Part shown: positions 31,341 to 40,704 of the stretch, one piece after another
How positions within the stretch are numbered: the first letter of the stretch is position 1
Layout of the letters: the number at the start of each line of letters is the position of its first letter
Source of the DNA: an uncultured Sangeribacter sp.
Lineage (GTDB): Bacteria; Bacteroidota; Bacteroidia; Bacteroidales; Muribaculaceae
NCBI GenBank assembly: GCA_964637105.1
Contig: CAZWVY010000003.1
Location: 373-64,372 of the forward strand
Direction of reading: 5' to 3'
DNA length: 64,000 nucleotides
Position numbers and translations under genes: made by a program
The notes under the pieces: generated by a model
What the model saw: only the letters and a program-made list of their open reading frames with translations
Database searches by the model: none
What the model was told of the DNA's origin: nothing

Positions 31341-32528
31341 ATGAAGCTTCTACAAGAAAAACTGGGCCGTTACGATGCCCCTCAGAAAGCTAAGGCCGCA
31401 GGAATCTATCCCTATTTCCGCCCGATTTCGAGCGAACAGAATACTGAGGTGATGATGAACGGCAAGAAAGTGCTCATGTTCGGCTCCAACAGCTACATGG
31501 GCCTCACCAACCATCCCAAGGTAATTGAGGCCGCTATCGAGGCCACCAAAAAATATGGCACCGGCATGGCCGGTTCCCCCTTCCTCAACGGCACCCTTGA
31601 CATCCACAAGGAGTTCGAGGCCCGCATAGCCGACTATGTCGGCAAGGAGGATGCGATGCTCTATTCCACCGGCTTCGGAGTTAACCTCGGAGTCGTCTCC
31701 ACCCTCACAGGCCGCGAGGACTATGTCATACTCGACGAGCAGGACCATGCCTCTATCATAGAAGGCCGACGCCTCTCATTCTCCAATTATCTGAAATATA
31801 AGCACAACGATATGGAGTCGCTTGAGAACCAGCTCAAGAAATGCGACCCCGACAAGGTTAAGCTTATTGTCAGTGACTCCGTTTTCTCTATGGAGGGCGA
31901 TGTGGCCAACATTCCCGAAATCGTGCGCCTGGCCAAGAAATACAATGCCTCTATAATGATTGACGAGGCACACGGCATCGGCGTATTCGGAAAGGGTGGC
32001 CGCGGAGTGGTCAACCACTACGGCCTCCAGGACGATGTTGACCTCATCATGGGCACATTCTCGAAGTCCTTTGCCTCCCTGGGCGGATTCATTGCCACCG
32101 ATAAGGAAATCACTAATTTCCTGCGCCATCACTCGCGCTCATATATCTTCACGGCAAGCATCACCCCTGCCTCCACCGCAGCCGCCAATGCGGCGATGGA
32201 CATCATGCTCGCAGAGCCCGAACGCCAGGAGCACCTTTGGGAAATCACCAACTACGCCCTGGAGTCCTTCCGCAACATGGGCTGCGAGATAGGCCATACC
32301 TCCACTCCCATCATTCCCCTCTTCATACGCGATGACTACAAGACCTTCCACGTCACTCACGACCTGCTCGAAGAGGGAGTCTTCGTAAATCCTGTCGTCA
32401 CCCCCGCCGTGGCCCCGCAGGACACCCTCATCCGCTACTCCCTCATGGCCACTCACACCAAAGAGCAGGTGACACGCTCGCTCGAGGCCATTGAGAAGGT
32501 GTTCCGCAAACATGGAGTGCTGAAATGA
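31341..32528 (+). CDS. spt: Serine palmitoyltransferase (alpha-oxoamine synthase family)
   Basis: Motifs YPYFR, FGSNSYMGL, DHASII, DEAHG and GTFSKS (PLP Lys); closely resembles the Bacteroides Spt as I recall it. Confidence 0.85.
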   Translation: MKLLQEKLGRYDAPQKAKAAGIYPYFRPISSEQNTEVMMNGKKVLMFGSNSYMGLTNHPKVIEAAIEATKKYGTGMAGSPFLNGTLDIHKEFEARIADYVGKEDAMLYSTGFGVNLGVVSTLTGREDYVILDEQDHASIIEGRRLSFSNYLKYKHNDMESLENQLKKCDPDKVKLIVSDSVFSMEGDVANIPEIVRLAKKYNASIMIDEAHGIGVFGKGGRGVVNHYGLQDDVDLIMGTFSKSFASLGGFIATDKEITNFLRHHSRSYIFTASITPASTAAANAAMDIMLAEPERQEHLWEITNYALESFRNMGCEIGHTSTPIIPLFIRDDYKTFHVTHDLLEEGVFVNPVVTPAVAPQDTLIRYSLMATHTKEQVTRSLEAIEKVFRKHGVLK

Positions 32529-33655
32529 AGTTCACGCTTGAGGCCGTCGCCCCCGGCTCCGCTGCGCGCGCCGGGCAGTTCACTACAGCCCACGGCACCG
32601 TGCAGACCCCCATTTTCATGCCTGTCGGCACGGCAGGCACAGTCAAGGGCGTGCACCAGCGCGAGTTGCGCGATGACATCAAGGCCCAGATCATACTCGG
32701 CAATACCTATCACCTCTATCTCCGCCCGGGCCTGGATGTGCTCAGAGCGGCAGGCGGACTGCATAAGTTCAACGGATGGGAGAAACCGATTCTGACCGAC
32801 TCGGGAGGCTTTCAGGTTTTCTCCCTCTCAGGCATCCGCAAACTCTCCGAGGAGGGGGCCCACTTCAGAAGCCATATCGACGGCTCGAAACATCTCTTCA
32901 CCCCTGAAGGTGTCGTGGACATCGAGCGCGCCATCGGTGCCGACATCATGATGGCTCTCGATGAGTGCCCTCCGGGCGATTCAGACTATGACTATGCTAA
33001 AAAGTCCTTGGGCCTCACCCAGAGATGGCTCGCGCGCGGATGGAAGCGATATAAGGAGACCGAAGGCCATTACGGCTACTATCAGTCTTACTTTCCTATC
33101 GTGCAGGGGTGCGTATATCCCGATTTACGGCGCGAGTCAGCGAAATATGTGGCTGACTTCGGAGCAGACGGCAACGCCATCGGCGGCCTCGCTGTCGGCG
33201 AGCCGACCGAGAAGATGTACGAGATGATAGAGATTGTCAACGACATCCTCCCTGCTGACCGTCCCCGATATCTGATGGGCGTGGGCACTCCGGCCAACAT
33301 CCTGGAGGCAATTGACCGCGGAGTGGACATGATGGACTGCGTGATGCCCTCGCGCAATGGCCGCAACGGCATGATATTCACGCGCCATGGCATCATGAAC
33401 ATGCGCAACCTCAAATGGGCGAAGGACTTCTCTCCGCTCGATGAGGGGGGCGCCGCATGGGTCGACGAGGTGTATTCCAAGGCATACGTCCGGCATCTCT
33501 TCCACGCCAATGAGCTGTTAGGAATGCAGATAGCTTCAATCCACAATCTCGCCTTCTATCTCTGGCTCGTCGGCGAGGCCAGACGCCATATTCTCGAGGG
33601 TGATTTCGCCCAGTGGAAAAAAGGAATGGTCGAAGCCGTCACCAGGCGACTGTGA
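32525..33655 (+). CDS. tgt: Queuine tRNA-ribosyltransferase
   Basis: Motifs TPIFMPVGT, LGNTYHL, DSGGFQV, MALDEC, YLMGVG and DCVMP. Confidence 0.97.
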   Translation: MKFTLEAVAPGSAARAGQFTTAHGTVQTPIFMPVGTAGTVKGVHQRELRDDIKAQIILGNTYHLYLRPGLDVLRAAGGLHKFNGWEKPILTDSGGFQVFSLSGIRKLSEEGAHFRSHIDGSKHLFTPEGVVDIERAIGADIMMALDECPPGDSDYDYAKKSLGLTQRWLARGWKRYKETEGHYGYYQSYFPIVQGCVYPDLRRESAKYVADFGADGNAIGGLAVGEPTEKMYEMIEIVNDILPADRPRYLMGVGTPANILEAIDRGVDMMDCVMPSRNGRNGMIFTRHGIMNMRNLKWAKDFSPLDEGGAAWVDEVYSKAYVRHLFHANELLGMQIASIHNLAFYLWLVGEARRHILEGDFAQWKKGMVEAVTRRL

Positions 33656-33704
33656 TTATTGCCACGCCATCTCTTGAATGTGATGCCATCTCTTGAATGA
33701 GCGC

Positions 33705-34862
33705 ATGAAGTTTACCGTCAACATACCCCCTATGCTCCTCTCCCCTTTCCGACGCCGGAAGGGGGAGAAGCGCAATTTGCGCCTCTTCAAGATTCTTGAC
33801 CTCTACATTCTCCGGAAGTTCCTCGGCACCTATTTCATGGCCACGCTCCTCTTCCTGGCCGTGATAGCCATGTTTGATGTCACCGAGAAACTGGACGCTT
33901 TCCTCACAGCTCCCCTCAAGGAGACCCTTTTCGACTATTTCCTCTCGTTCCTCCCCTATTTCGGCAACCAGCTCTCCCCTCTTTTTGTCTTCATCTCGGT
34001 AATATTCTTCACCACCAAGCTTGCCGGCAACTCCGAGATCATAGCCATCCTATCCAGCGGCGTGAGCTTCAAGCGCCTCCTGCGCCCATATATGATCGGC
34101 GCTGCCGTCATAGCGGCGATGACATTCGCCCTGACAAATTACATCATACCTCCGACCAACGTCAACCGTATCAAGTACACCAACAAGTACGTGCGCAACA
34201 AGAGCGTGCAGACCGGCACCAACATACAGCTTATGGCCAGGCCCGGCGAAGTGGCGTTTATCGGCAGGTTTGAAAACTCCAACAAGACCGGCTACCGCTT
34301 CTCGCTCGATAAATTCGACGGCAAGAAGCTCGTGTCCCGCCTGACGGCCCAGACAGCCGTCTATGACTCCACCCGCCTATACCACTGGACCATGCATGAC
34401 TACATGATCCGTGACTTCAACGGAATGCGCGAGCACATTCGGCGAGGAGCCTCACTCGACACAATCATTCCCATTGAGCCGCGCGATTTCCTGATTTCGG
34501 TCAATGACCAGGAGACGCTGACCACTCCGCAGCTCACAGAGTATATCGAGAGGCAGAAAATGCGCGGCGTAGCCAATATCAAAGGCTTTGAGATAGAGAA
34601 GGCCCGCAGGTACGCTTCGACTGCGGCCGCATTTATCCTCACCCTTATCGGCATGTCCCTCTCGGCCAAGAAATCAAAGGGAGGAATGGGCATCAACATC
34701 GGACTGGGCCTCCTGCTGAGTTTCAGCTACATCCTCTTCTCCACAGTCACCAGCTCCCTGGCTGTGTCAGGCTATGCATCGCCCGAAGTGGCGATGGAGA
34801 TACCCAACATTGTATATCTCATCATCGGCATCATCCTCTACCGGCGCGCCTCGAAATTCTAA
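33705..34862 (+). CDS. LptF/LptG family LPS export permease
   Basis: ILDLYILRKF, NSEIIAILSSGVS..RLLRP and C-terminal TM helices. The start is uncertain (TTG 33693, ATG 33705 or later). Confidence 0.88.
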   Translation: MKFTVNIPPMLLSPFRRRKGEKRNLRLFKILDLYILRKFLGTYFMATLLFLAVIAMFDVTEKLDAFLTAPLKETLFDYFLSFLPYFGNQLSPLFVFISVIFFTTKLAGNSEIIAILSSGVSFKRLLRPYMIGAAVIAAMTFALTNYIIPPTNVNRIKYTNKYVRNKSVQTGTNIQLMARPGEVAFIGRFENSNKTGYRFSLDKFDGKKLVSRLTAQTAVYDSTRLYHWTMHDYMIRDFNGMREHIRRGASLDTIIPIEPRDFLISVNDQETLTTPQLTEYIERQKMRGVANIKGFEIEKARRYASTAAAFILTLIGMSLSAKKSKGGMGINIGLGLLLSFSYILFSTVTSSLAVSGYASPEVAMEIPNIVYLIIGIILYRRASKF

Positions 34863-34865
34863 AGC

Positions 34866-34936
34866 AACAGAGAGTCACCGTATAAAAAGTGCCGCTGAGT
34901 CAGTCAGCGGCACTTTTTATACGGTGACTCTCTGTT
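34866..34936. terminator. Long perfect inverted repeat, probable bidirectional terminator
   Basis: 33-bp perfect arms (AACAGAGAGTCACCGTATAAAAAGTGCCGCTGA) with a 5-nt loop, between convergent lptF/G and tpx. Confidence 0.8.
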
Positions 34937-34938
34937 TG

Positions 34939-35439
34939 TTACTTTTTCAGAAGGTCGTGCACGAACTCATAGTCGGGCTCCTCGGTGATTTCCTTGCAGA
35001 GGGAGGTGCCCATCACCTTGCCATCCTTGTCGATGACCACGACGCCGCGCGCGAACAGGCCGCGCAGAGGGCCGTCGAGAATCTCGACACCATAGTTCTG
35101 ACCGAAATCGCTGCGGAATGCAGAGGCCGTGCGCACATGGTCAATTCCCTCAGCCGCGCAGAAACGGGCTGCTGCGAAAGGCAGGTCCATCGATACGCAG
35201 AGCACCTCAGTGTCTGCATACTCGCTTGCATCCTTGTTGAAACGGCGCACCGAAGCGGCGCACACATCAGTGTCGATTGAAGGGAAGATGTTGAGCACGA
35301 CGCGCTTGCCGCGAAGGTCATGGAGCGCAATCTCGGAGAGATCGCGGCCTACAAGCGCGAAGTTGGGAGCCTCCTCGCCTGCCTTGGGCAGTGCGTGAGC
35401 GATATGTATGGCGTTGCCGCCTAAGGTTACAGTTTCCAT
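34939..35439 (-). CDS. tpx: Thiol peroxidase
   Basis: Motifs LNIFPSIDTDVC, SMDLPFAAARFC and EITEEPDY. Confidence 0.95.
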   Translation of the reverse strand: METVTLGGNAIHIAHALPKAGEEAPNFALVGRDLSEIALHDLRGKRVVLNIFPSIDTDVCAASVRRFNKDASEYADTEVLCVSMDLPFAAARFCAAEGIDHVRTASAFRSDFGQNYGVEILDGPLRGLFARGVVVIDKDGKVMGTSLCKEITEEPDYEFVHDLLKK

Positions 35440-35502
35440 TGGTAATCTGATTTAGATAATATGTTACAGCACTATAACCCCGGCTCCCCTCCTATTGTTC
35501 GC

Positions 35503-35937
35503 TCAGGAGTGCAATTCCTCATAGCCGATGCGGAAGAACCGCTGGGAGAAATCACGAGGCCGGACCACTTCGCCACCGCTTAACACCAGGTCAAGGTCAA
35601 TCGGCACATCCCCGCGCAGTCTGCTCGCCAGGTCTCTGCCGTGGAGCACTTCATATCTTTTCAGCCTGCGGTTAAGCTCGGCATCCGGCAGAGTGGTCAC
35701 CCCTGCCACAACGGCATTTAGATACGGGCGCGTTCCTCCCCCGGCCGCCGGAGTCTCATATACGCTCGAGGCCCTGCCGCCGCTCAGAAGTCCAAGGAGC
35801 TCTCTGATAGCATCTGCCATGGCCGCGTCCCGGTCGCCGCAATTGCTCCCAACGCCTATCACCACCTCCCTGGGCTCAGGCTGCCCGGGCCCTGCGGCAG
35901 ACGTTTCCTGCTCAAGACTTACTGGCTCTGCGTTCAT
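35503..35937 (-). CDS. FolK/HPPK-like protein (short, degenerate)
   Basis: Motifs IGVGSN, YET, YLNAV and IDLD are present; the WGPR and PH motifs are absent. Confidence 0.75.
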   Translation of the reverse strand: MNAEPVSLEQETSAAGPGQPEPREVVIGVGSNCGDRDAAMADAIRELLGLLSGGRASSVYETPAAGGGTRPYLNAVVAGVTTLPDAELNRRLKRYEVLHGRDLASRLRGDVPIDLDLVLSGGEVVRPRDFSQRFFRIGYEELHS

Positions 35938-37268
35938 TTCACACTTTGCCTGTTGTCAGAGTCAGGCCCTTTTCGGAGAGTGATGACAGTAATCTCAGGA
36001 GTCGCGCCGATGCGGAAAGGCATACCGACTTCGCCGCTTCCGATGTTGACATAATTGTGCACCTTCTGCCCCCTGTTGTTAGTCCGCTCAAACATTCCGG
36101 CCCACTCCTCATACCGGTATTGCGCCGGCGACCAGCGCCAATTGCCCGACTCAAGCATCATCTGCATGGCATGCGTATGACCCGAAAGGGTCAAGTCGAT
36201 GTTCGACTGACGCGACACCACCCACCTCCAGTGAGACGGGTCATGGGTAAGGAGTATCTTGAAGCGGTTATCATTGAGGTGCATGATAGAGTCCTCGCTC
36301 ATGGCATACGCTTTCTCCAGGTCAGCATACTGCTGGAAAGGGGGCAGTCCCCAGTTCTCTACTCCGAGGAGCACCAGCGTGTCGCTGACTTCCTCAGTTG
36401 ACTCTTCCGTTGCCGGACGCCGCCGTGAGATGAAGAACCTCTCATTATTGAGCATCGTCCATCCCATCTGGCGCTGTATCTCGCGCAGCAGCTCATTATT
36501 GGCATCCTTGGCCTCCTGCGTGGGCCAGTCGCAATAGTCGCCGTAGTCATGGTTGCCCAGGATGCTGTACACTCCGTCGGGAGCCGACAGGCGGCTCAGC
36601 ACAGGTATGAACGGTATGATCTCATTGGTCTGGCGGTTAACTATATCGCCCGTGAACACTATCATGTCCGCTTTCTGAGCGTTGATGCTGTCTACAAGCC
36701 GTGATATGAATGTGGTGTCACTCCCCCACGTACCCACGTGCGCGTCGCTGAACTGCACTATCCGGTACCCGTCAAAAGCCTCGGGCACCTTCTCGGAGAA
36801 GAACTCCACCTGCCTGACTTCCATCTGTTTCCTCCCCCAGATAGCTCCCCACCACATGAGCAGGAACACCAGGATGGCCGCGGGAAGCCCGAACCAAAGC
36901 CCGGAACGGTAGCGGCGCAGCTTGCGCTGCCGCCAGTCGCCAAACACCTTATGATGGAATATCCTCCATTTGAAAACTAACGGTATCCGCCCCAGCAGAG
37001 AGAATATCACGTATACCGTCTTGGCGCCATAGACGCTCATGTAGCCGTACAGGCACCACATCACCGGCAGGATGTCATTCTCCGGGTTGCGCCGAGGCAG
37101 CATGAGCACCACCGCCAGGAAGATATAGCAGCAGATGCACGTGAGGATATAAAGCCTACCCCAGCGGCGCGGCTTGCTCGAGTATTTCCTGATGTCATCA
37201 TATATGGCCCAGTCTACAAGCAGCGACAGGACTGCGAGGAAGAGGGCCATGGGCAGAGTTATACGCAT
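35934..37268 (-). CDS. Membrane-bound metallophosphoesterase
   Basis: Motifs SDAH, TGDIVN, LGNHDYG, LTH and SGHTH, after N-terminal TM helices. Confidence 0.92.
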   Translation of the reverse strand: MRITLPMALFLAVLSLLVDWAIYDDIRKYSSKPRRWGRLYILTCICCYIFLAVVLMLPRRNPENDILPVMWCLYGYMSVYGAKTVYVIFSLLGRIPLVFKWRIFHHKVFGDWRQRKLRRYRSGLWFGLPAAILVFLLMWWGAIWGRKQMEVRQVEFFSEKVPEAFDGYRIVQFSDAHVGTWGSDTTFISRLVDSINAQKADMIVFTGDIVNRQTNEIIPFIPVLSRLSAPDGVYSILGNHDYGDYCDWPTQEAKDANNELLREIQRQMGWTMLNNERFFISRRRPATEESTEEVSDTLVLLGVENWGLPPFQQYADLEKAYAMSEDSIMHLNDNRFKILLTHDPSHWRWVVSRQSNIDLTLSGHTHAMQMMLESGNWRWSPAQYRYEEWAGMFERTNNRGQKVHNYVNIGSGEVGMPFRIGATPEITVITLRKGPDSDNRQSVK

Positions 37269-37301
37269 TCTTTTATGGGATGGGGGTAAGGGGTTGACTA
37301 A

Positions 37302-38483
37302 TTACTCCATGCCTCCAAGCAGAGCCTTGAGCTTGTTTTTCAGGGGATTCGCGTACATGGTCAGTATCAGATGGCGCATGTATTCACGCTCCTCGTCGGT
37401 GATGTCGGGCAGGTCCACCTTGGCCAGCTGCGCCGCGAAATACTCTTCGGCCGACTTTTTCTCCTCCTCGGTGTATTTTCCCGCGAAACGCTTGGTGTCG
37501 TGCAGCAGGTCGAAGGCCACATAGTTGATGCTGAAAATCTCATAGCTGCGGTGTATGGCCTGGTCGATGATAGCCACGATATACTTAGCCGAGGTATTTG
37601 TGTCCCGGAATTCGCCGATCTGGTCAATTCGGGTGTTTATGAGCGGCGTAAGCTGGAAATGCACGCGCCCCTTGAACTGCAGCAGGCCCGTCTCCATCGA
37701 GAAGAGGTCATCATGCTGCGATTTCTTGAATTCCGGATCGCGCCGCTTCAGCAGAAACTCCCTGACCTTCAGATAATCGTTGGGATCAAACTCATAGCTT
37801 ATTGAAACGGGCATCAGGTTGATTTCCTTCAGTTTCTCGTTGAATGTGCCCTCTCCTCCGTAGGCAAGCATCTTCACCAGAGACTCCTGGGTGCGGTCGC
37901 TGCTGTCCTTGGCTCGCCCCTCGCGCTGGGCTATCCAAACTGACTCGCGCTTGTCGACTATGGTGTGATGGATATAGGCCGAGAGCTTGCGAGCTGCGGC
38001 AAGCCCCTCGCGCAGCCCTGTGTTGCGCTTCACTATGAAACTCTTGTTAAGCCTCACCAGGTCGGAGATCCAGTCATATATCAGGAGATTGTTTCCTATG
38101 GCCACCTCCGTAGTGGGCATGTTGCGCCTCAGGAAGGCAAGGTTGAGGAAGGAGGCGTCGAGCACAATGTCGCGGTGGTTGGTTATAAAGGTGTAGCTCC
38201 TGCCGGGATTATAGTATTTGATGCCTCCGAGTGTGATGCCGGAGGTGGTAGTCTTGGCCAGCATCTCCAGGAAGGGGAACATCACTTGGTGCTGGAAGTC
38301 ATATTTATTATCGATCCTCAGCAATTCGTCAATCATGGTGGGCACCATCTCCTTGGGGACGGCGTACCCCATCACATGAAGGAACCCCGGCTCCTTGACG
38401 AGATTCTCCATTTTTTCATGGAAGATGTCATCAGTGTAAGGGGCAATATCGCTGAAGTCAAATTCTTTGTGTCTGTCAGTCAT
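37302..38483 (-). CDS. Glycerolipid acyltransferase (PlsC-like)
   Basis: HX4D motif NHRDIVLD and EGRAKDSSD. Confidence 0.85.
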   Translation of the reverse strand: MTDRHKEFDFSDIAPYTDDIFHEKMENLVKEPGFLHVMGYAVPKEMVPTMIDELLRIDNKYDFQHQVMFPFLEMLAKTTTSGITLGGIKYYNPGRSYTFITNHRDIVLDASFLNLAFLRRNMPTTEVAIGNNLLIYDWISDLVRLNKSFIVKRNTGLREGLAAARKLSAYIHHTIVDKRESVWIAQREGRAKDSSDRTQESLVKMLAYGGEGTFNEKLKEINLMPVSISYEFDPNDYLKVREFLLKRRDPEFKKSQHDDLFSMETGLLQFKGRVHFQLTPLINTRIDQIGEFRDTNTSAKYIVAIIDQAIHRSYEIFSINYVAFDLLHDTKRFAGKYTEEEKKSAEEYFAAQLAKVDLPDITDEEREYMRHLILTMYANPLKNKLKALLGGME

Positions 38484-38624
38484 AGCTCTGGGCGGTATTA
38501 GCGTGCCGCAAATATAACACTTTTCCCTGAGAAACCGATTATTAAAGGCCTAAAAAACGCCCCGCGACCCCGATATGGCTGAATTTGACAGCTATTATGC
38601 GGCCTGACTGCTCCCTGTCCCCCC

Positions 38625-39785
38625 CTATTCGGAAGCGCGGTAACGGCGCCATCTCTCGAAGAGATCGGCCATGTCTGCCGGAAGCGGAGCCTCGAAATCC
38701 ATCTCCTCACCCGTGCGCGGATGCACGAAACCGAGCGTGCGGGCATGCAGCGCCTGGCGCGGGCAGGCAGCGAAGCAGTTCTCGACAAACTGCCTGTATT
38801 TGGCGAATGTCGTCCCTTTAAGTATCCTGTCGCCTCCATACCGGGCGTCATTAAACAGCGGATGGCCCTTGCTGAGCATGTGCACACGTATCTGATGTGT
38901 GCGCCCCGTCTCGAGCACGCACTTCACAATGCTGACATACCCCAAGGATTCCAAGACTTCATAATGTGTCACGGCATGCTTGCCTATGCCCGGGTCATCG
39001 AAGACGGCCATCTGAAGCTTGTTGCGGGGATTGCGGGCTATGTTGCCCGTGATAGTGCCCCGTTTTTCGGGAAAGTCGCCCCACACCATCGCCACATACT
39101 CGCGCCGCGTTGTCTTATGAAAGAACTGAAGCCCGAGATGCGTCTTCGCCTCGGGAGTCTTGGCCACGACAAGGAGCCCGGAGGTATCCTTGTCAATACG
39201 GTGTACGAGCCCGAGCCTGGGATCGCTGACATCATAGTCAGGATTGTCGCGGAAATGCCAGGCCAGTGCGTTGACCAGGGTGCCGTGATAGTTGCCGTGG
39301 CCCGGGTGCACCACTAATCCTGCCGGCTTATTGACCACTAAAAGATCCTCATCCTCATACACAATGTCAAGCGGGATATCCTCCGCAATGATCTCAAATT
39401 CATATCGCGGACGGTCCATGACTATGGACACGACATCACCCGGCTTCACCTTATAGCTTGACTTCACAGCCTTGCCGTTGACGATGATGCATCCGGCGTC
39501 GGCAGCCTGCTGTATGCGGTTGCGCGAGGTCTTGACCATGCGGTCCACCAGGAACTTGTCAACCCGCAGCAGCTGCTGCCCCTTCTCGGCCTCAAACCGG
39601 AAATGCTCATACAGCTCGCGCCCGTCCTCCATCACGAAGTCCGGCGCCGGCACCTCCTCTTCGGGACCCTCCTCTTCGGGACCCTCCTCTTCGGGACCCT
39701 CCTCTTCAAAACCCTCCACTTCCCGGGCAAGCCCTTTTTCCACCGGCTCTGCGTCGGCAACTGCCATTTCGTCAAGCTCTTTCAT
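38625..39785 (-). CDS. RluA/RluD family pseudouridine synthase
   Basis: S4 domain (RVDKFL), NKPAGLVVHP, HRIDKDTSG and TGRTHQIRVH. Confidence 0.95.
   Translation of the reverse strand: MKELDEMAVADAEPVEKGLAREVEGFEEEGPEEEGPEEEGPEEEVPAPDFVMEDGRELYEHFRFEAEKGQQLLRVDKFLVDRMVKTSRNRIQQAADAGCIIVNGKAVKSSYKVKPGDVVSIVMDRPRYEFEIIAEDIPLDIVYEDEDLLVVNKPAGLVVHPGHGNYHGTLVNALAWHFRDNPDYDVSDPRLGLVHRIDKDTSGLLVVAKTPEAKTHLGLQFFHKTTRREYVAMVWGDFPEKRGTITGNIARNPRNKLQMAVFDDPGIGKHAVTHYEVLESLGYVSIVKCVLETGRTHQIRVHMLSKGHPLFNDARYGGDRILKGTTFAKYRQFVENCFAACPRQALHARTLGFVHPRTGEEMDFEAPLPADMADLFERWRRYRASE
39653..39712 (-). repeat. In-frame 15-bp tandem repeat (EEEGP)
   Basis: CCTCCTCTTCGGGAC three times, plus one degenerate unit. 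Confidence 0.92.
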
Positions 39786-39790
39786 ACGCG

Positions 39791-40597
39791 TCAGTTAAAG
39801 ATACCCTCGGAATGTTCGGTCTCCTCGCTGCCGGTCTCGCGCGATGCGCGCCCCGTCTGGGAGGCCTGCGATGATGTCTGCGCCTGTGACTGGCTCCGGG
39901 CCGATGACCTCTCTTCAGGCACCCCCGAAGGCACCGGATCGCTGCCGTATCCGTAGCCATAGTCGTTCTCACCCCCGGCATCATAAGTCGACTGCGAGTT
40001 GAGATACTCGTAATATTCGGCATTCTGCAGGGAGTCCCGAAGCTCGACAAGCCGCCCGTCATACACCTCCACGGTTATCTTGGCGTTCACAGGCACCTTC
40101 TCCATCTTCTTGACTGTCTTGCCGTTGGCCAGGATTTTCACGATGCAGTCATTATCTCCCAACACCTTGACAACCTTGATATCCTTGAATCCCAGTTCCT
40201 CCAGGCGTGCCATGCCCTGGCGGAACGAGAAACTCTTCAGCGCATCCTCGCGCGGATTATTGTCTTGGTCAATCACCACCTCCTTGGGATGCACGGCGTT
40301 GATATAGAGAAAAATCTTTCGACCGGGCTTCACAACGGAGCCCGATTTGGGGAACTGCTCAATGACGTATCCGGGCTTGACATGGTCCACATACAGGGAG
40401 TCTCGTATATCGACGCGGAAACCGCGCTCATGCAGAGTCTCGACAGCCTGTGTGTATGACATGTTTTCCACCCCCGGCACAGTGTCGCTCTGGCCGTGGC
40501 GCGTGAACAGGGCTATCGAAAGATATACAATCCATATCCCGATAAACCCGACCAATATGATGATTATCAGATTGACGATGACCGGATGCTTTCCCAT
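39791..40597 (-). CDS. PASTA-domain membrane protein
   Basis: TM anchor, then VPGVENMSY..A...L..RG and EQFPKSGSVVK. Start placed at ATG 40597 because a -7 box at 40705-40712 lies inside the longer ORF-track call. Confidence 0.8.
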   Translation of the reverse strand: MGKHPVIVNLIIIILVGFIGIWIVYLSIALFTRHGQSDTVPGVENMSYTQAVETLHERGFRVDIRDSLYVDHVKPGYVIEQFPKSGSVVKPGRKIFLYINAVHPKEVVIDQDNNPREDALKSFSFRQGMARLEELGFKDIKVVKVLGDNDCIVKILANGKTVKKMEKVPVNAKITVEVYDGRLVELRDSLQNAEYYEYLNSQSTYDAGGENDYGYGYGSDPVPSGVPEERSSARSQSQAQTSSQASQTGRASRETGSEETEHSEGIFN

Positions 40598-40650
40598 CAG
40601 GCCTGATGCTTTTCCTGTCTCTTTTTCCACTGTATGAAGTCTTTTGCCAT
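40597..40650 (-). CDS. Putative 17-aa upstream ORF (MAKDFIQWKKRQEKHQA) coupled to the PASTA gene
   Basis: Lies downstream of the -7 box; its TGA overlaps the PASTA ATG (TGATG). Confidence 0.3.
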   Translation of the reverse strand: MAKDFIQWKKRQEKHQA

Positions 40651-40704
40651 GCGGCAGCCGCGCGAAACGGCCCCCGCAAGGTGCGTCTGGAGGAAATTTC
40701 GCCC

